A DNA stretch of 64,000 bases from Mesotaenium endlicherianum (lineage: Eukaryota), in the NCBI GenBank assembly GCA_009602735.1, contig WELA01000374.1:1-64000 (forward strand). The letters run 5' to 3'. The notes under the pieces are model-generated. The model had not been told where the DNA came from, ran no database searches, and worked only from the letters and a program-made list of their open reading frames with translations. Each line of letters begins with the position of its first letter. Positions within the stretch are counted from its first letter, which is position 1. Position numbers and translations under genes: made by a program. Below, piece by piece: positions 53,501 through 64,000 of the stretch.

Positions 53501-55573
53501 ATTTGACAAGTATATAGAGGTCAGCACGGGGCTCCTCCTCTACCACGATTACGCCAGGATGGTAGGATATACGGTCAGAGAGGCCAAGGCAATGGCCCAG
53601 GTTAACGAAGCAGGGGCTGTATTGATTCTTGGTATCTGGGGAGAAGATAGGGTCATCAGGATGATCCCCATGGACGCGGACAGCTTGAAGGACTCTACAT
53701 CCCATAACAGGTTCAAGGCCATGTATAATGAGGTGGAGAGAAGGAGCTGGGAATTCTTGGCCAGGGAAACCAGTCAGCTGGACTTTGCAGGGCACTGAAA
53801 CCCTTGTACTCTTAAAAGGACAGACCCTGCCTTCTTCCAAAAGCCCACCGATTGGCGGTGGATGACCATCAACATGAGGGACCAGCAGAATGACAGGGCG
53901 ACGGATGAGGATTTCCTGACGGACCTAAACGGGAACATAGTATTGCCCCCTCACATTGCGGCTTGGGACCCAAGATTGGATGGAGTCAGAGACTGCATGA
54001 GCCAAGAGATGCAGGGGGACAGGAGCAGGGCCCGAGAGTCATTCTCAAAAGGGAAGCACGCTTATGCCAAATGGGCAAGCAAGCAGGAGGAAAAGGACCT
54101 ATATGCGGTCCGGACTCAGCAGCCCCCACCAGCACCCAAAAGGGGAAGATTAGTGGAATATTCTTTTTCTCGGGAAGAACTGGAGCAGCTGACAGAAGAG
54201 ACCCCAGAAGTCTCAGAGGAACCCGGGGACGAAAAGGAGGAGGAGTCAGAGGAAGACGAGAAGGAGGACACTAGCCCCGCCGTGATCCTGACACCTGCCA
54301 CATCCCCTGTAAGGGAGAAGACGGGGTTGGCCCTGCAGCAACTCGCTGAAGAGGGGGATATGACTTGGCTGGGAATTGCCAGAGGACAGAACCCATCTCC
54401 AGGCACGGAGACCCAGTCAGACAGGGCAGACAAGAGGACTGCTAGAGCAATAGCCAGAGGCCTGCCGGCATCTCCCTCGCAGAGAGGGCATGTACCCTTA
54501 GCTCATGTCATGCAACATCCTTCTGGGATGCCGGTATATGTACCAGTCAGTTTGAGGGATGCCCAGAAGAAGGCTGCCTCCATTCAGTTTCAGATTGTGC
54601 AGGAGGAAACAGCACGGTTACTGCGTTCTCCGCCAGGTCCCTACACGGAACCTCCATCTCTGACGGGCTTCAGAAGACCCCAAGACAGGAGGAGGACTGA
54701 CTCCCCTGACCATAGGGCCCCAGGGGCATCTCCCTCCTAAGGGCGGAGGGCCAAGAGCACAGCATGCTAGATGGGAGAGAAATCAGTAATTTCAGTGGGG
54801 GAAACGTATGTACCCTGTGTCAGTGTTGTCGAGGCGACAACATGTTAAGTTGGAGGGATTGCAATGAATCAGTATATTGATTGATATGATATTGATTTAA
54901 ATATAACAGTTAAATAAGTTCAGCCTGCTGAACTCTAGTTAACAATCAGTCTCCTAGACTTTACATTTAATATCAGTTTAATGACTCAGCCGAAAGCAGC
55001 AGGCTGAAGTCAACTTAAGTCAGCTTGCTGACACATTCTTTGACAGCCAGCTGACTTCCGTACTCGGTAGCAGCGAACTGCCTCGATATGCATCCAAGTG
55101 TGGTATGCTAGATGAATGGCCAGATGACATCCTTATGATGGATGGCGATTTGGGATGATGGGAGATGGCGGTGGATTCGGTTAACCGAGGTCCTACCAAC
55201 GTGGTTAACTCCCGGGTAGGCGGTGCCATCGCACTGGCCGTTGAACAGTAAACTCATTCCATGTACATATGCTAGGCATTGCTCTCGAGTTCGGCATTCG
55301 GAAACGAGGCCAACTTTCTTTGTACTGAGAGAGATTTGAATCCAAGGCGAGAAGCCATTGATACGCATTGTCTTCTAACCTTGCTTATGTATGAGTTTAT
55401 CGTTTGCATTATTGATGCTAGTTTACTTGCATTTGATTTACGAGTGTTGTTCACTGCTAGTGTGTTGTCCATTTGCCGAGTAATCAGTTAACAAAAAATC
55501 CATAAAGATTACTTGTTGATATAAAGATCTTTATTAATTGTTAATCGCCTATTTGGTAAGTCGATTCATTTCA
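47544..55573 (+). mobile_element. Family X copy 3: LTR 47544-48250, PBS, gag, internally deleted pol, ORF3a, PPT, LTR 54860-55573; decayed, TSDs do not match
   Basis: LTR termini; PBS TGGTATCGGAGC at 48252-48263; gag 48285-49763 with a stop; pol fragments 49740-52740; flanks GGAAG versus AAAGA. Confidence 0.92.
53088..54740 (+). pseudogene. ORF3 type a of copy 3 with a premature stop (Trp->TGA at 53796-53798)
   Basis: ORFs 53079-53798 and 53862-54740 are in the same frame and collinear with 318-1985. Confidence 0.88.
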
Positions 55574-56522
55574 AAAGATCTTTGTATTAGCGATAAATCT
55601 TTATGGTATTTCCTGTTGATGGATTAACCAGCAAAAGACAACACACTAGCAGTGGACAAAACTCGCAAGTCAAATGCAAGTAAATTTGCATCAATAATGC
55701 AATTAGTAAACTTATACATAAGCAAGGCTAGAACACAGTGTGTATCAATGGCTTCTCGCCTTGGATTCAGATATCTCTTAGTAAGCAGTACAAAAGAAAT
55801 GGCCTTATTTTTGAATGTCGAGCTCGGGAGCATATGTACATGGAATGAGTTTACTGTTCAACGGCCAGTGCAATGGCAACGCCTACCCGAGAGTTAACCA
55901 CGTTGGTAGGACCTCAATTAACCAAATCCACCGCCATCTCCCATCATCCCGAATCGCCATCCATCCTAAGGATGTCATCTGGCCATCTATCTAGCATACC
56001 ACACTTACATGCACACGTAGGCAATCCGCTGCTACCGAGTACGGAAGTCAGTTGGCTGTTAAAGAATGTGTCAGCAAGCTGACCTAAGTTGACTTCAGCC
56101 TGATGCTCTCAGCTGAGTCATTAAACTGATAATTTTATAAAGTCCAGCAGACTGAATATTAACTAAAGTTCAGCACGCTGAATTTAATTAACTATTATAT
56201 TTAAAAGAATGGTATATCTACCAATATACTGATTCGTTACGATCCCTCCAACTTAAATTGTTGTCGCCTCAACAACATTAAACTGTACAAATAGCTGGTA
56301 AGGAAACTAACAGAACTAACCCTTCACCGCCTGCCTCTTGCTTCAACACTGTTGCCTAGATGTGAGGATCACTAGTGACAGTGAACTGTCGCCTCCACCC
56401 TCAGTCCACTTCCGTTGTGGGGTGCAAACAGAGAGACCTCCAGCAAGGCTTGACTGGAGGATGGTTTCGATGTCTAGGGGGTTGTTCCTGGGGCTCCAGG
56501 ATCAGGATAGTGAGACCTGGAC
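55574..56522 (-). mobile_element. Family X copy 4 remnant: diverged 3' LTR (55574-56241, ~40 bp missing at its end), PPT and the last codons of a type b ORF3
   Basis: LTR homology; PPT plus hairpin at ~56242-56278; minus strand ...PDPGAPGTTP-stop at ~56475-56520, matching the ORF3b end (PDPEAPGTTP). Confidence 0.85.
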
Positions 56523-57277
56523 TGTAATGAATCAGTATACCGGTTGACATAATATTCATTTAAATAATATAGTTAAATAAGTTCAGCCTGCTGAACTCTA
56601 GATAACAATCAGTCTGCTGGACTTTGTACTTAACATCATTTTAATGACTTGGCCGGAAGTAGCAGGCTGAGGTCACCTTAAGTCAGCTTGCTGACACATT
56701 CCTTGACAGCCAGCTGACTTCCGTACTCAGTAGCAGCTAACTGCCTCGATATGCATCTAAGTGTGGTATGCTAGATGAATGGCCAGATGACATCCCTATG
56801 ATGGATGGCGATTCGGGATGATGGGAGATGGCGGTGGATTTGGTTAACCGAGGTCCTACCAACGTGGTTAACTCCCGGGTAGGCGGTGCCATCGCACTGA
56901 CCGTTGAACAGTAAACTCATTCCATGTACATATGCTAGGCATTGCTCTCGTGTTCGGCATTCGGAAACGAGGCCAACTCTCCTGTACAGCTTACTGAGAG
57001 ACATCTGAATCCAAGGCGAGAAGCCATTGATACGCACTGTCTTCTAACCTTGCTTATGTATGAGTTTACTGATTTGCGTTATTGATGCTAGTTTACTTTC
57101 ATTTGACTGACGAGTATTAATCACTGCTAGTGTGTTGTCCTTTGCCGTTAAAACAGCTAACGGAAAATACCATAAAGATTACTTGTTGATATAAAGATCT
57201 TTATTAATTGTTAATCGCTTATTTGGTAAGTCGATTCATTTCAGTGGTATTGGAGCGATTATCACAGTCTTCTTTGT

Positions 57278-58756
57278 ATGGTAAGGACAAGGTCTCAAAC
57301 TAGCGACTCCCGAGACATGGAGAACCAGGATAACGAGAATGTCGAAAACCAGGCGGAAAGCCATGTAGCGGGAACCCGTACCTATTCTGAAGCAGTGGCA
57401 GATACTGCAGCTAGAGAGGCTGCAGATGAGGCAGCTGCTATTGCCTCAGTCGCAGCTCAGCAAGCTGAGGAGGAGATAGCCAGACTAGAAGCTGAACAAG
57501 TAGCAAAGGCCGCTGAAGATATACAAAGGAGGGAAGGACAGCCAGCTGACGAGCGCACTGTTGAAGAACTTATGGCATCAAGGGCCAATGTTCTGAACCC
57601 ACCTCCTGCCGTACAACTCAATGTACCCCTAGGTCAAATACGTGACCGGCTGAATGCGGCAGGAATTGCTGCTGCAGGAGCGAGAGGGATTGTTGAGGAC
57701 ACTACTCAGCGATCAGATGCCAATACTGCTGCGGCATTTGCTAATCTACCACCCCAGAGTGTAGACTTGAGAGCATTGTTCGTTCAGATGCAGTCGCAAA
57801 TGGCGACCATGTATCAGTCCCAGCAGGAGGACAAAAGAATCATAATGTCCCTACTGCGGGACAGAGACCAACTGGGGTCTCACACCACTAGTGGTGGTGG
57901 CCGAGGGCCTAGTAAGCCCAAGCCAAAACCTCCCCAGGACTATGATCCTGAGGTAAACAGAAAATATTACCTGATCAAGTTTCTCGCGGATGTTGAGCAG
58001 TGGCTGGAGAACTACCCAGAACTGCAAGATTACGAGAAGGTCCGGCACACCGGTGCGCTACTGAAAGGTAGTGCCGCAGACTGGTGGCTTTACTGGAAAG
58101 AAGAGCGTGAGGCACGGCAACTCGGTGACCCTACGTGGGTAGAGTTTGTCGAGAAGTTGCATGAGAAGTTTGATGTCATCAACCAGAAGGAGAAAGCTAT
58201 CTATGCGATGATCTCCCTGACACTGAAGCAGACCACTTCAGTTGCTGAGTTTGCTCAAAAGTTCCAAGAGAACATGATGAAGCAGCCTGATTTGCCAGAA
58301 CGGTATAGGATAGCATACTTCAGGTATGGCTTGAAATCCGAGGTCTCTGGTCATTTTGCTGAGAAAAAGTATGAGAAACTGGCTGACTTGATCCAGGATG
58401 CTGACGCCTGGGATCAGCAGCAGTTCAATCACAAGCGCCAGAGTAATGCTTTGGTTTCTAAGATTGTCAAAAAGCCCCACGGTTCCTACAATGCAATTGA
58501 AGGAGACCAGGCTGAAGATAATCAGGGTGATGAATATGAGTATGAGTACAATGCTATTCAGTCTAGAGGTAGAGGTGGTTCCTCTCGAGGTGACTATGGA
58601 AGGGGTGGTGGTAGGACTAAGCCGAGACCAGCCTCAGCAAAATCTACTTGCTACCATTGTCAGCAGAAAGGCCACTACAGAGAACAGTGTCCGTTCAAGC
58701 ACCTGGCTAAGGTCGAGAGAAATGACCAGCCTTTAAAAGACAGCAACAGTCAGTAA
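57278..58756 (+). CDS. gag: Family X Gag, intact, 492 aa, with CCHC zinc knuckle
   Basis: Open frame right after the PBS; CYHCQQKGHYREQC; RGG-rich segment before the knuckle. Confidence 0.93.
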   Translation: MVRTRSQTSDSRDMENQDNENVENQAESHVAGTRTYSEAVADTAAREAADEAAAIASVAAQQAEEEIARLEAEQVAKAAEDIQRREGQPADERTVEELMASRANVLNPPPAVQLNVPLGQIRDRLNAAGIAAAGARGIVEDTTQRSDANTAAAFANLPPQSVDLRALFVQMQSQMATMYQSQQEDKRIIMSLLRDRDQLGSHTTSGGGRGPSKPKPKPPQDYDPEVNRKYYLIKFLADVEQWLENYPELQDYEKVRHTGALLKGSAADWWLYWKEEREARQLGDPTWVEFVEKLHEKFDVINQKEKAIYAMISLTLKQTTSVAEFAQKFQENMMKQPDLPERYRIAYFRYGLKSEVSGHFAEKKYEKLADLIQDADAWDQQQFNHKRQSNALVSKIVKKPHGSYNAIEGDQAEDNQGDEYEYEYNAIQSRGRGGSSRGDYGRGGGRTKPRPASAKSTCYHCQQKGHYREQCPFKHLAKVERNDQPLKDSNSQ

Positions 58757-58773
58757 TCCAGTCTACTGACTGT
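58732..58773 (+). promoter_or_regulatory. Candidate -1 ribosomal frameshift signal (T TTA AAA + 7-nt spacer + 10-bp hairpin)
   Basis: Heptamer in the gag frame at 58732-58738; stem ACAGTCAGTA/TACTGACTGT at 58746-58755/58764-58773; pol lies in the -1 frame. Confidence 0.75.
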
Positions 58774-59857
58774 GAGGATGCTAGAGATAGTGAGTCGTCA
58801 CTAGCTGCCCTCGTAGCAGGTATTATGGGTCCTGCTGAACTGGATTCACTATGCATGCCTGACAACCAGATAAAGGAGACCATCAGCAATATAGACGTCC
58901 AGAGAGTGCACACTCTGGATGCTCTTGTTCCACCTGATGTCCAACATTTTCTTTGCTACGTCAGGAGAACAATGCGAAAGTCAGGAAAAGACAGTCGCCC
59001 TGAAATGAATCGACTTACCAAATAGGCGATTAACAATTAATAAAGATCTTTATATCAGCAAGTAATCTTTATGGTATTTCCGTTAACTAGTTAAACGGCA
59101 AAGGACAATACACTAGCAGGGAATAATACTCGTAAGTCAAATGCGAGTAACTAGCATCAGTGATGCAAATCAGTAAACTCATACATAAGCAAGGTTAGAA
59201 GACAGTGCGTATCAATGGCTTCTCGCCTTGGATTCAGATCTCTCTCAGTAAGCTGTACAAGAGAGTTGGCCTCGTTTCCGAATGCCGAACTCGAGAGCAA
59301 TGCCTAGCATATGTACATGGAATGAGTTTACTGTTCAACGGTCAGTGCGATGGCACCGCCTACCCGGGAGTTAACCACGTTGGTAGGACCTCGGTTAACC
59401 AAATCCACCGCCATCTCCCATCATCCCGAATAGCCATCCATCATGGGGATGTCATCTGGCCATTCATCTAGCAGGTGGTACTTAGATGCATATCAAGGCA
59501 GTTCGCTGCTACCGAGCACGGAAGTCAGCTGGCTGTCAAAGAATGTGTCAGCAAGCTGACTTAAGTTGACTTCAGCCTGCTGCTTTTGGCCGAGTCATTA
59601 AACTGATAATTATGTAAAGTCCAGCAGACTGATTATTAACTAAAGTTCAGCAGACTGACTACTAACTAAAGTTCGGCAGGCTGAACTAAATTAATTAGTA
59701 TATTTAAATGAATATTATATCTACTAATGTACTGATTCATTACAATCCCTCCAACTTAACTTGTTGTCGCCTCGACAACATTAAACTGCAAAAGCGTTAA
59801 ATAAAGAAACTGACCCTGACCAGCCTCCCTTACTGACTATCTTTTCAGCCTGTCACC

Positions 59858-61534
59858 TTAAGGGGTGGTTCCTGGGGCTTCAGGATCAGGAGACGGAGAT
59901 CTGGACCTAGATCTGGACAGCCCTCTAGGTCTGTCAGCTGGCCTTCTAAAGAACCCGGTTTGCTCTAAAGTTGGACCTCGAGGAGAACGAAGGATGGTAG
60001 CCTGCTCTTCAACCACTTGGGTGTTGATGCCCACATAGACAGGCATTCCAGTAGGATGCTGAAATACATTGGCTAGAGGTACATGCCCCTGAGCGGAGGG
60101 GGAGGCTGGCATACCTCTGGCCCACCCGCGTGTCCCTCTTCTGGCACCCCTGTCCTCTGGGGATTTCTGCCTGTGTCTGCTGCCCAATACAGTCAGATCA
60201 GCTTCTTCCCCTGCTTGGGCAGGTGGGCTGTGGGAGCGAGCGCGGGGTCCAGTAGTCGCCATAACGGGGATCACATTCCAAACACCTGATCGTGGTTCTT
60301 TAAGAAGCGCCCCTACCTGTCCCTGGGTATCCTGAGTACCTGCTGCTGATGCTTCTCCTCTGCCCTGTTCTTCTTCCTCAGCCTCCTCATCCTCCTCCTC
60401 GGAGAGAGTAGGGGTCTCGTCCACTAAGTCGTCCTGCTCCCTAGTAGACATGGAGTAGTCTACCGACCTCCCTTTCTTAGGGCGCGCTGGAGGTTGCTTG
60501 GCCTTCAGCCTACTGATATCTATCCGGCCTGCATTCTTTGCCCATTTGACAAAGGCATGCTTTCCCTTAGAGAAGTAGTCTCTTCCCCTCCTCCTATGTT
60601 CCTTGGTCTCTGCATTCATATTGCTCAGGCATCCATTCAGCCTGGGGTCCCAAGGGGCAATGTGAGGTGGTAGGATGAGATAGCCGTCTAGGCCATAGTG
60701 GAAGTCATCCGGTTGGGCTCGGTCACACTCCTGCTTCTTATTTGTGACGGTCATCCACCTCCAGTCTGTTGGCTGCTGGTAGTACTGGGGTCCGTGCTCA
60801 GCCTTCCTCAGTTTACACGGGAACCAGTGGGGAGAGAACATCTGCTGTCCTGCTTCCCTGGCCAAGTACTCCCAGCTCCTTCTCTCAACTTCATTGTAAG
60901 CTGGCAGGAGTGTGAGGTAGAATACCGTATCCTTAAAGCTATCGGGCCGCATGCTCACCATCCGGATGAGTCTCTGATCTCCCACTATTCCCGGTATGGG
61001 GACCGGCTTGTCCTCTGAATCATCTGCGAGATACCGGGCCTGCTCTGCTGTATAGCCCACCATCTTAGCATAATCTTCGTAAAGGACCACGCCGGTGTGT
61101 GTCTCGATGTACCTGTCCAGTGCTGTAGCTCCTTCCTTCTGTAGCAGTGTTGTCTGTTCCAGCCTGTTGATCTCCTGGGCTGCCAGCAATGCTTCCTTCA
61201 GGTTATCGAAGTTTTGGCCACCCACCACAGTATACCTGTAAGTGGCCAAGCTCTTCTGTCTGTCCGCTTCAATCTTTTTTCTTTTCTCCTCTTCTGCCGC
61301 TGCCGCTTCTTCTTGCTGTTTCTTCTGTCTCTCCTCCTCAGCCTTCCTGAGGTTTTCCGCTTCCTGATCCTTCTTCCTCTGTGCCTCTTCTGCCGCCTCT
61401 TGTTGTTTGCGGACCCTTTCTTGTTCTCTCCTGGTGAGGGACGTCGCCGCCAGCTCCTTCTGGTATTGCTCCATTGTCCTCCTGGCTTCTTCTGCCTTGC
61501 GCTTTCTGTCCTCCTTTTGTGTGGTGGGCGCCAT
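59858..61534 (-). CDS. Family X accessory ORF3, divergent type b, intact (~558 aa)
   Basis: Shares blocks with type a: YRYTV, LY.DYA.MVGYT, YNEVERRSWE.LARE, PTDWRWMT, LPPHIA.WDPRL, FSKGKHA, PASPS..GHVPLA.V.QHP.GMPVYV. ATG 61534 chosen by homology; an in-frame ATG also exists upstream. Confidence 0.87.
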   Translation of the reverse strand: MAPTTQKEDRKRKAEEARRTMEQYQKELAATSLTRREQERVRKQQEAAEEAQRKKDQEAENLRKAEEERQKKQQEEAAAAEEEKRKKIEADRQKSLATYRYTVVGGQNFDNLKEALLAAQEINRLEQTTLLQKEGATALDRYIETHTGVVLYEDYAKMVGYTAEQARYLADDSEDKPVPIPGIVGDQRLIRMVSMRPDSFKDTVFYLTLLPAYNEVERRSWEYLAREAGQQMFSPHWFPCKLRKAEHGPQYYQQPTDWRWMTVTNKKQECDRAQPDDFHYGLDGYLILPPHIAPWDPRLNGCLSNMNAETKEHRRRGRDYFSKGKHAFVKWAKNAGRIDISRLKAKQPPARPKKGRSVDYSMSTREQDDLVDETPTLSEEEDEEAEEEEQGRGEASAAGTQDTQGQVGALLKEPRSGVWNVIPVMATTGPRARSHSPPAQAGEEADLTVLGSRHRQKSPEDRGARRGTRGWARGMPASPSAQGHVPLANVFQHPTGMPVYVGINTQVVEEQATILRSPRGPTLEQTGFFRRPADRPRGLSRSRSRSPSPDPEAPGTTP

Positions 61535-61801
61535 CCTGCACATGTAACCAGGGCACAAGTTAGTAGGATATGGACCTTTGTCATAGGGATTGCAGGAAGT
61601 ATGTTAGTATTTAGTATAGTGGCTTCGCTGCTGTTTACCTTACAGGATGATTGCTAAAAGTTGACGTAGTTGCGATGCGCTACACATAAACGTATGAGTG
61701 TGTTTTTATCGCTCTCGCTCACTAACTGTCATATATTTTCCCCTCCAACTTAAATGGAGACAGGACCGCCTGTCACCTTCCCGTGTCAACTGAAATGACA
61801 G

Positions 61802-64000
61802 TTATGGAGGGACTCCAGCGGCCCGAAGGTGGAACCGTGTCAACGCCCCTTTGGCATTGGTCAAGTGGTCCTTAAACTCCCAAGTGTCCCCAGAGGCATC
61901 GTAACCCTTCCATCGAATGAGGTATTTCATGACATATTTAGACGATCGACGGACCGAGCGAGCGTCTAAAATCTCATCGACCTCATATTCCTCAGGATTG
62001 CCGTCCCAGACAGCGGGGACCGGTCCCGGTTGGACAGGGAACCGACCTGTGAACCGTGTATCACCTTTGATGTACGGTTCCAGGAAGGAGACATTAAAGA
62101 CCGGGTGCCCCTTGTATTCAGCTGACATGTTCAGTCTGTAAGCATTCTGACCGACACGACGGGCCACCGAATAGGGACCGACCCAGACAGGGCCAAGCTT
62201 TTTCTTGACCACACCAGGGAGGTACAGGTGCTGAGAATGCAGTTTGACTAAATCCCCCTTGGAAAATGTCAGTTCCCGACGGTGTTGATTAGCGTATTTT
62301 TGTTGGTTTTCTTGGGCCGTGTGCAAGTTTCGTTGGACTTCTGACAGGGTGTCAGCAAACTCCTGAGTTAACTGGAGGGAGACCGGGTTGTCAATCCCTT
62401 CAGGGTGAGTTAAAGATTCCCCTAGCACATCTAGAGGAGACTTAGGGACTCTACCCAGGCTGAGTTCAAAAGGAGTTTTGCCCGTTGACGCGTGCACCGC
62501 ACTGTTGACCGCAAACTGAATTTGAGGCAACAGGTCATCCCAATTATCTTGTTTTTGGTTAATATATGCTCTCAGCACCTCCTGCAGAACTCGGTTAGTT
62601 CTTTCAGTCTGCCCATCAGTCTGAGGGTGGTTTGCTGTGCTGAGCAGCTGTTTGACTCCCATTAACCCCATTAAAGCTCTCCAGAACTTAGAGGTGAATT
62701 TTGAGTCTCTGTCTGAGATGATATTAGAAGGGAGCCCATGTTGGCATACTACATGGTTGTAAAACTGTCTCGCTGTTTCGAGTGCAGTCACTTTGACAGT
62801 TGTGGGGATAAAAATGACCATTTTTGTCAGTTTATCCACGACTACCAGTATTGAATCATGCCCGTTGGCAGTTCTTGGTAGTGAGACCACCCAGTCCATG
62901 GATATAGTTTCCCAGCGTCCCGCTGGGATGGGTAGCGGTTGCAAGAGACCTCCGGGTGGTGTGTGCCGAGACTTATTTCTCTGACACTGGTCACAGGACT
63001 TGACATATTTCAAGACCTCCCGGGGTAACCCCTCCCAATGATAATGTTTTGCCAGTTTGCCAACAGTTTTGGCCTGCCCCAAATGTCCACCCAGGAGACT
63101 GTCATGAGCTTGACTCAGTAAGAGAGACCTTATTTCCAAGTTATTAGGAATGACCAGCTTCAGCCTGCCTGAAGTGGTTTCAGTCACCCAGACCCCTCCC
63201 TTGAGCTTATACCCGAGTGCAGTAGCACGACACACACCAGTAGTGGGGCTGGGCTCAAATGTTGGGTCAGAAAGGTAGGCTTTCCTAAGTTGTTCAAGGA
63301 AGGACTTTTTCACCTTTAGTGAAGTGAGTGCACACAGGACTTTATCTACAGCATGCTGACTAAAGTTCCTTTCTTGCAAGTCAGGTCTTCTAGAGAGTGC
63401 ATCAGCAGGATTCAACTTCCCTGGTTTGTAGTCGATCTGGACTTGGAACTGCTCCAGCATCTGGCTCCAGCGGTTCTCCCTCCTCGACAGCTTGGACTTC
63501 TTCTGAAAGTGGGTCAGAGCTAGATGATCTGTAATCACCTTAAAAGCTTTACCATGTAAGTATGCTCTCCACTGTTTGAGTACATGAATGATAGCTAGCA
63601 GCTCTTTATCATGCACTGAGTAATTAATCTCCGCTGGATTAAATTTCATAGACTCATACAACACAGGATGCCACTCCTGCCGTACCTTACCATCCTTTGT
63701 GGTTTTGTCAGCAGGCTGCAACAAAATAGCACCCATGGCAAAATCAGAGGCATCAGTAACCACCTGCACCGGTTTGCTGGGGTCATACACGGCTAGCACT
63801 GGGGCAGAACAAAGGGCATCTTTAAGGGTCTGGAAGGCAGCCTGCTGCTCTTCCCCCCACACATACCCGATGTCTTTCTTAGTAAGGTCAGTCAGTTTAC
63901 TGGCCTTTGTGGAATAATTCTCAATAAATCTCCTATAGTAGTTAGCCAACCCGAGGAAGGATCTAACTTCAGAGACAGACTGTGGTACTGGCCAGTCCCT
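61802..64000 (-). CDS. pol: Family X copy 6 pol C-terminal part (RNase H, integrase, chromodomain), open frame, partial
   Basis: VVTDASD, ELLAII, ITDH (RH); HHCC and DDE-region motifs; GPY; chromodomain YEVDEIL...WKGY...TWE. Confidence 0.95.
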   Translation of the reverse strand, partial: RDWPVPQSVSEVRSFLGLANYYRRFIENYSTKASKLTDLTKKDIGYVWGEEQQAAFQTLKDALCSAPVLAVYDPSKPVQVVTDASDFAMGAILLQPADKTTKDGKVRQEWHPVLYESMKFNPAEINYSVHDKELLAIIHVLKQWRAYLHGKAFKVITDHLALTHFQKKSKLSRRENRWSQMLEQFQVQIDYKPGKLNPADALSRRPDLQERNFSQHAVDKVLCALTSLKVKKSFLEQLRKAYLSDPTFEPSPTTGVCRATALGYKLKGGVWVTETTSGRLKLVIPNNLEIRSLLLSQAHDSLLGGHLGQAKTVGKLAKHYHWEGLPREVLKYVKSCDQCQRNKSRHTPPGGLLQPLPIPAGRWETISMDWVVSLPRTANGHDSILVVVDKLTKMVIFIPTTVKVTALETARQFYNHVVCQHGLPSNIISDRDSKFTSKFWRALMGLMGVKQLLSTANHPQTDGQTERTNRVLQEVLRAYINQKQDNWDDLLPQIQFAVNSAVHASTGKTPFELSLGRVPKSPLDVLGESLTHPEGIDNPVSLQLTQEFADTLSEVQRNLHTAQENQQKYANQHRRELTFSKGDLVKLHSQHLYLPGVVKKKLGPVWVGPYSVARRVGQNAYRLNMSAEYKGHPVFNVSFLEPYIKGDTRFTGRFPVQPGPVPAVWDGNPEEYEVDEILDARSVRRSSKYVMKYLIRWKGYDASGDTWEFKDHLTNAKGALTRFHLRAAGVPP

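Larger units (their letters stand above)
56523..59000 (+). mobile_element. Family X copy 5, 5' part: LTR 56523-57243, PBS, gag, start of pol; interrupted by copy 6
   Basis: TGTAATGA...CATTTCA LTR, PBS TGGTATTGGAGC at 57245-57256, gag, then an abrupt switch to an inverted LTR at 59001. Confidence 0.93.
59001..64000 (-). mobile_element. Family X copy 6, 3' part: pol (RH-IN-chromo), ORF3 type b, PPT, 3' LTR 59744-59001
   Basis: LTR termini; PPT at 59746-59758; open pol to 61802; continues beyond the window. Confidence 0.94.

Overview
Eukaryotic genomic DNA from the green-plant (streptophyte) lineage; a charophyte alga or non-seed plant is likely, but that is inference. It is a draft scaffold with N gaps. 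A central host-gene island (~11-32 kb) holds three intron-containing genes: a GT90/CAP10 glycosyltransferase (+), a class I LOB-domain (LBD) transcription factor (-) and a 3-hydroxyisobutyrate-dehydrogenase-like gene (-). Both flanks are nests of retroelements: a degenerate DIRS-type element, two other Ty3/gypsy-type elements, and six full or partial copies (8 LTRs) of one chromodomain-bearing Ty3/gypsy family ('family X', ~720-bp LTRs, tRNA-iMet PBS). The main discovery is that family X carries a third, sense-strand ~555-aa ORF between pol and the 3' LTR that I cannot assign to any known family. It is not Env-like. It sits directly behind a branch point plus CAG|GATG acceptor, with a matching GTAAGT donor in the LTR, which suggests a spliced subgenomic mRNA. 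It is bracketed by duplicated hairpin+PPT motifs and occurs in two strongly diverged versions on near-identical pol/LTR backbones, like an exchangeable accessory cassette. Family X and a second element also show clear candidate -1 gag-pol frameshift signals.
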